A stretch of 64,000 nt of DNA, taken from NCBI GenBank assembly GCA_905372565.1, contig CAJPPK010000007.1:11997-75996 (forward strand). Direction: 5' to 3'. Positions 63,090-64,000 of this stretch are shown piece by piece. The notes below the pieces were generated by a model that saw only the letters and a list, made by a program, of their open reading frames with translations, was not told the DNA's origin and ran no database searches. Positions within the stretch are counted from its first letter, which is position 1; each line of letters begins with the position of its first letter. The DNA is from an uncultured Porphyromonas sp. Lineage in GTDB: Bacteria; Bacteroidota; Bacteroidia; Bacteroidales; Porphyromonadaceae. Made by a program: the position numbers and the translations under genes.

Positions 63090-64000
63090 GTGCTATCACC
63101 ACGACTACGACTGAGCTTCGATCGCTGGTGGCATAGCCCTCTCTGTCAGCTCCTCTTCTTACTTTGCCTAGGCTATGCCTCGGCAGATCGTCTACCCCAT
63201 CCTGAGCTGAGCCTTGTGCTTGCTTTAGCTGGGGTAGCTTCTTTTCTCCTAGGGCTCGTGTTTGGCTGGAGAGAGGGCGAGCTTCGGTCTAGACGAGTGC
63301 ACGCTTGGACGCTTCGGCTAGGATTAAGCCTCCTGCTCCTTCTTGGCGGTAGAATGTACTACCAAGATACGCTGGAGCATCAACTCTCGACTGATGCCCT
63401 TAGGGCGCCAGCTCTGCGTGTGCGCCTTGTCACAAGTCATGATCTGGGCAATGGCTGGCGAAGCTATGATCTCTCGCTCCTAGAGACTTCCTCCGTTCGC
63501 CTCCGTCTTCGGCACCGAGAGATCGAGCGAGCTGTCGTGGGAGATACCCTACATCTGCAAGGGGTGAGGTGGATGGGGGTGAAGATGCTCCTTGGTCAAC
63601 GACCTCGTTGGGGGAAGTCTTTCCTTACAGGGGGCTATACCGCTCTAGGAAGTGGAGGGCAGGTGTGTGTTTATCCAGTTGAGGATCAAGATCTGTTGGC
63701 TCATCCTGTCCTCTTCGCTCGGCGGTGTCAAGGTCGGCTCTTGAACCAGCTTGAGGGGCTCGAACTGAAGCCTACGACGAAGGCACTACTAGGTGCGCTA
63801 GTGCTGGGTGAGCTCCCTAGTGATGAGCTGGGGCGGGAGCTACGTCAGTCGTTTGTAGCTGGTGGGGTGGCGCATTTACTAGCTGTGAGTGGGTTTCATC
63901 TGGGTATTATTGTGGCGCTCGTGATGGGGTTACTCCGTAGACTACCGTATTTCCGTGTCCATCTCTATGGGCGTTGGGTGGTAGTATTGCTGGTAGCTTG
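63090..64000 (+). CDS. comEC: ComEC/Rec2-family competence membrane protein (5' part; runs off the window)
   Basis: An open frame (codon phase 63075+3n) runs to the window end and is absent from the ORF track because there is no stop. It contains the ComEC signature ..LLGALVLGE....FVAGGVAHLLAVSGFHLGII... The start is uncertain (GTG at 63090 is one option). Confidence 0.65.
   Translation, partial: MLSPRLRLSFDRWWHSPLCQLLFLLCLGYASADRLPHPELSLVLALAGVASFLLGLVFGWREGELRSRRVHAWTLRLGLSLLLLLGGRMYYQDTLEHQLSTDALRAPALRVRLVTSHDLGNGWRSYDLSLLETSSVRLRLRHREIERAVVGDTLHLQGVRWMGVKMLLGQRPRWGKSFLTGGYTALGSGGQVCVYPVEDQDLLAHPVLFARRCQGRLLNQLEGLELKPTTKALLGALVLGELPSDELGRELRQSFVAGGVAHLLAVSGFHLGIIVALVMGLLRRLPYFRVHLYGRWVVVLLVA

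Overview
This 64-kb window looks like chromosomal DNA from a Bacteroidales organism, probably Porphyromonas-like. That call is an inference from three things: TAnnTTTG -7 promoter boxes, a tandem Pgm6/Pgm7-style OmpA pair, and a PSP1-gldH-lon arrangement. Most of the window is housekeeping, nearly all on the + strand: trpS, rlmH, clpB, cca, glgP, mutS, hslR, lpxH, lon, tpiA, folE, recG, ispD, xseB, deoC and rpe. A Wzy-dependent polysaccharide locus spans 35.7-47.1 kb, with six glycosyltransferases, Wzy, a priming sugar transferase, Wza and Wzc, but no Wzx. I found no tRNA, rRNA, CRISPR array, prophage or recognisable defence system.

The features that ordinary annotation does not explain are:
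1. An orphan peptide-modification-like gene set split across two loci. PqqD, an NTP_transf_5 nucleotidyltransferase and an ABC exporter sit at 16.9-19.9 kb. An HprK-like P-loop protein and an S24 peptidase are fused onto the end of the polysaccharide locus at 47.1-48.5 kb. No precursor peptide or core maturase is visible.
2. Three unrelated intergenic repeat families, each an array of 4-5 units with a strict 22-23 bp period. One family forms two inverted arrays that bracket the lipoprotein plus tandem-ompA module.
3. A 90-bp promoter/leader duplication flanking a small outer-membrane-protein paralog. The two copies differ in G-tract length (G5 vs G9).
4. A frameshifted second copy of that paralog.
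5. A Wzc whose tyrosine cluster is a pure (GY)9 repeat.
6. A DUF3127 protein ending in an SSB-type DDLPF tip.
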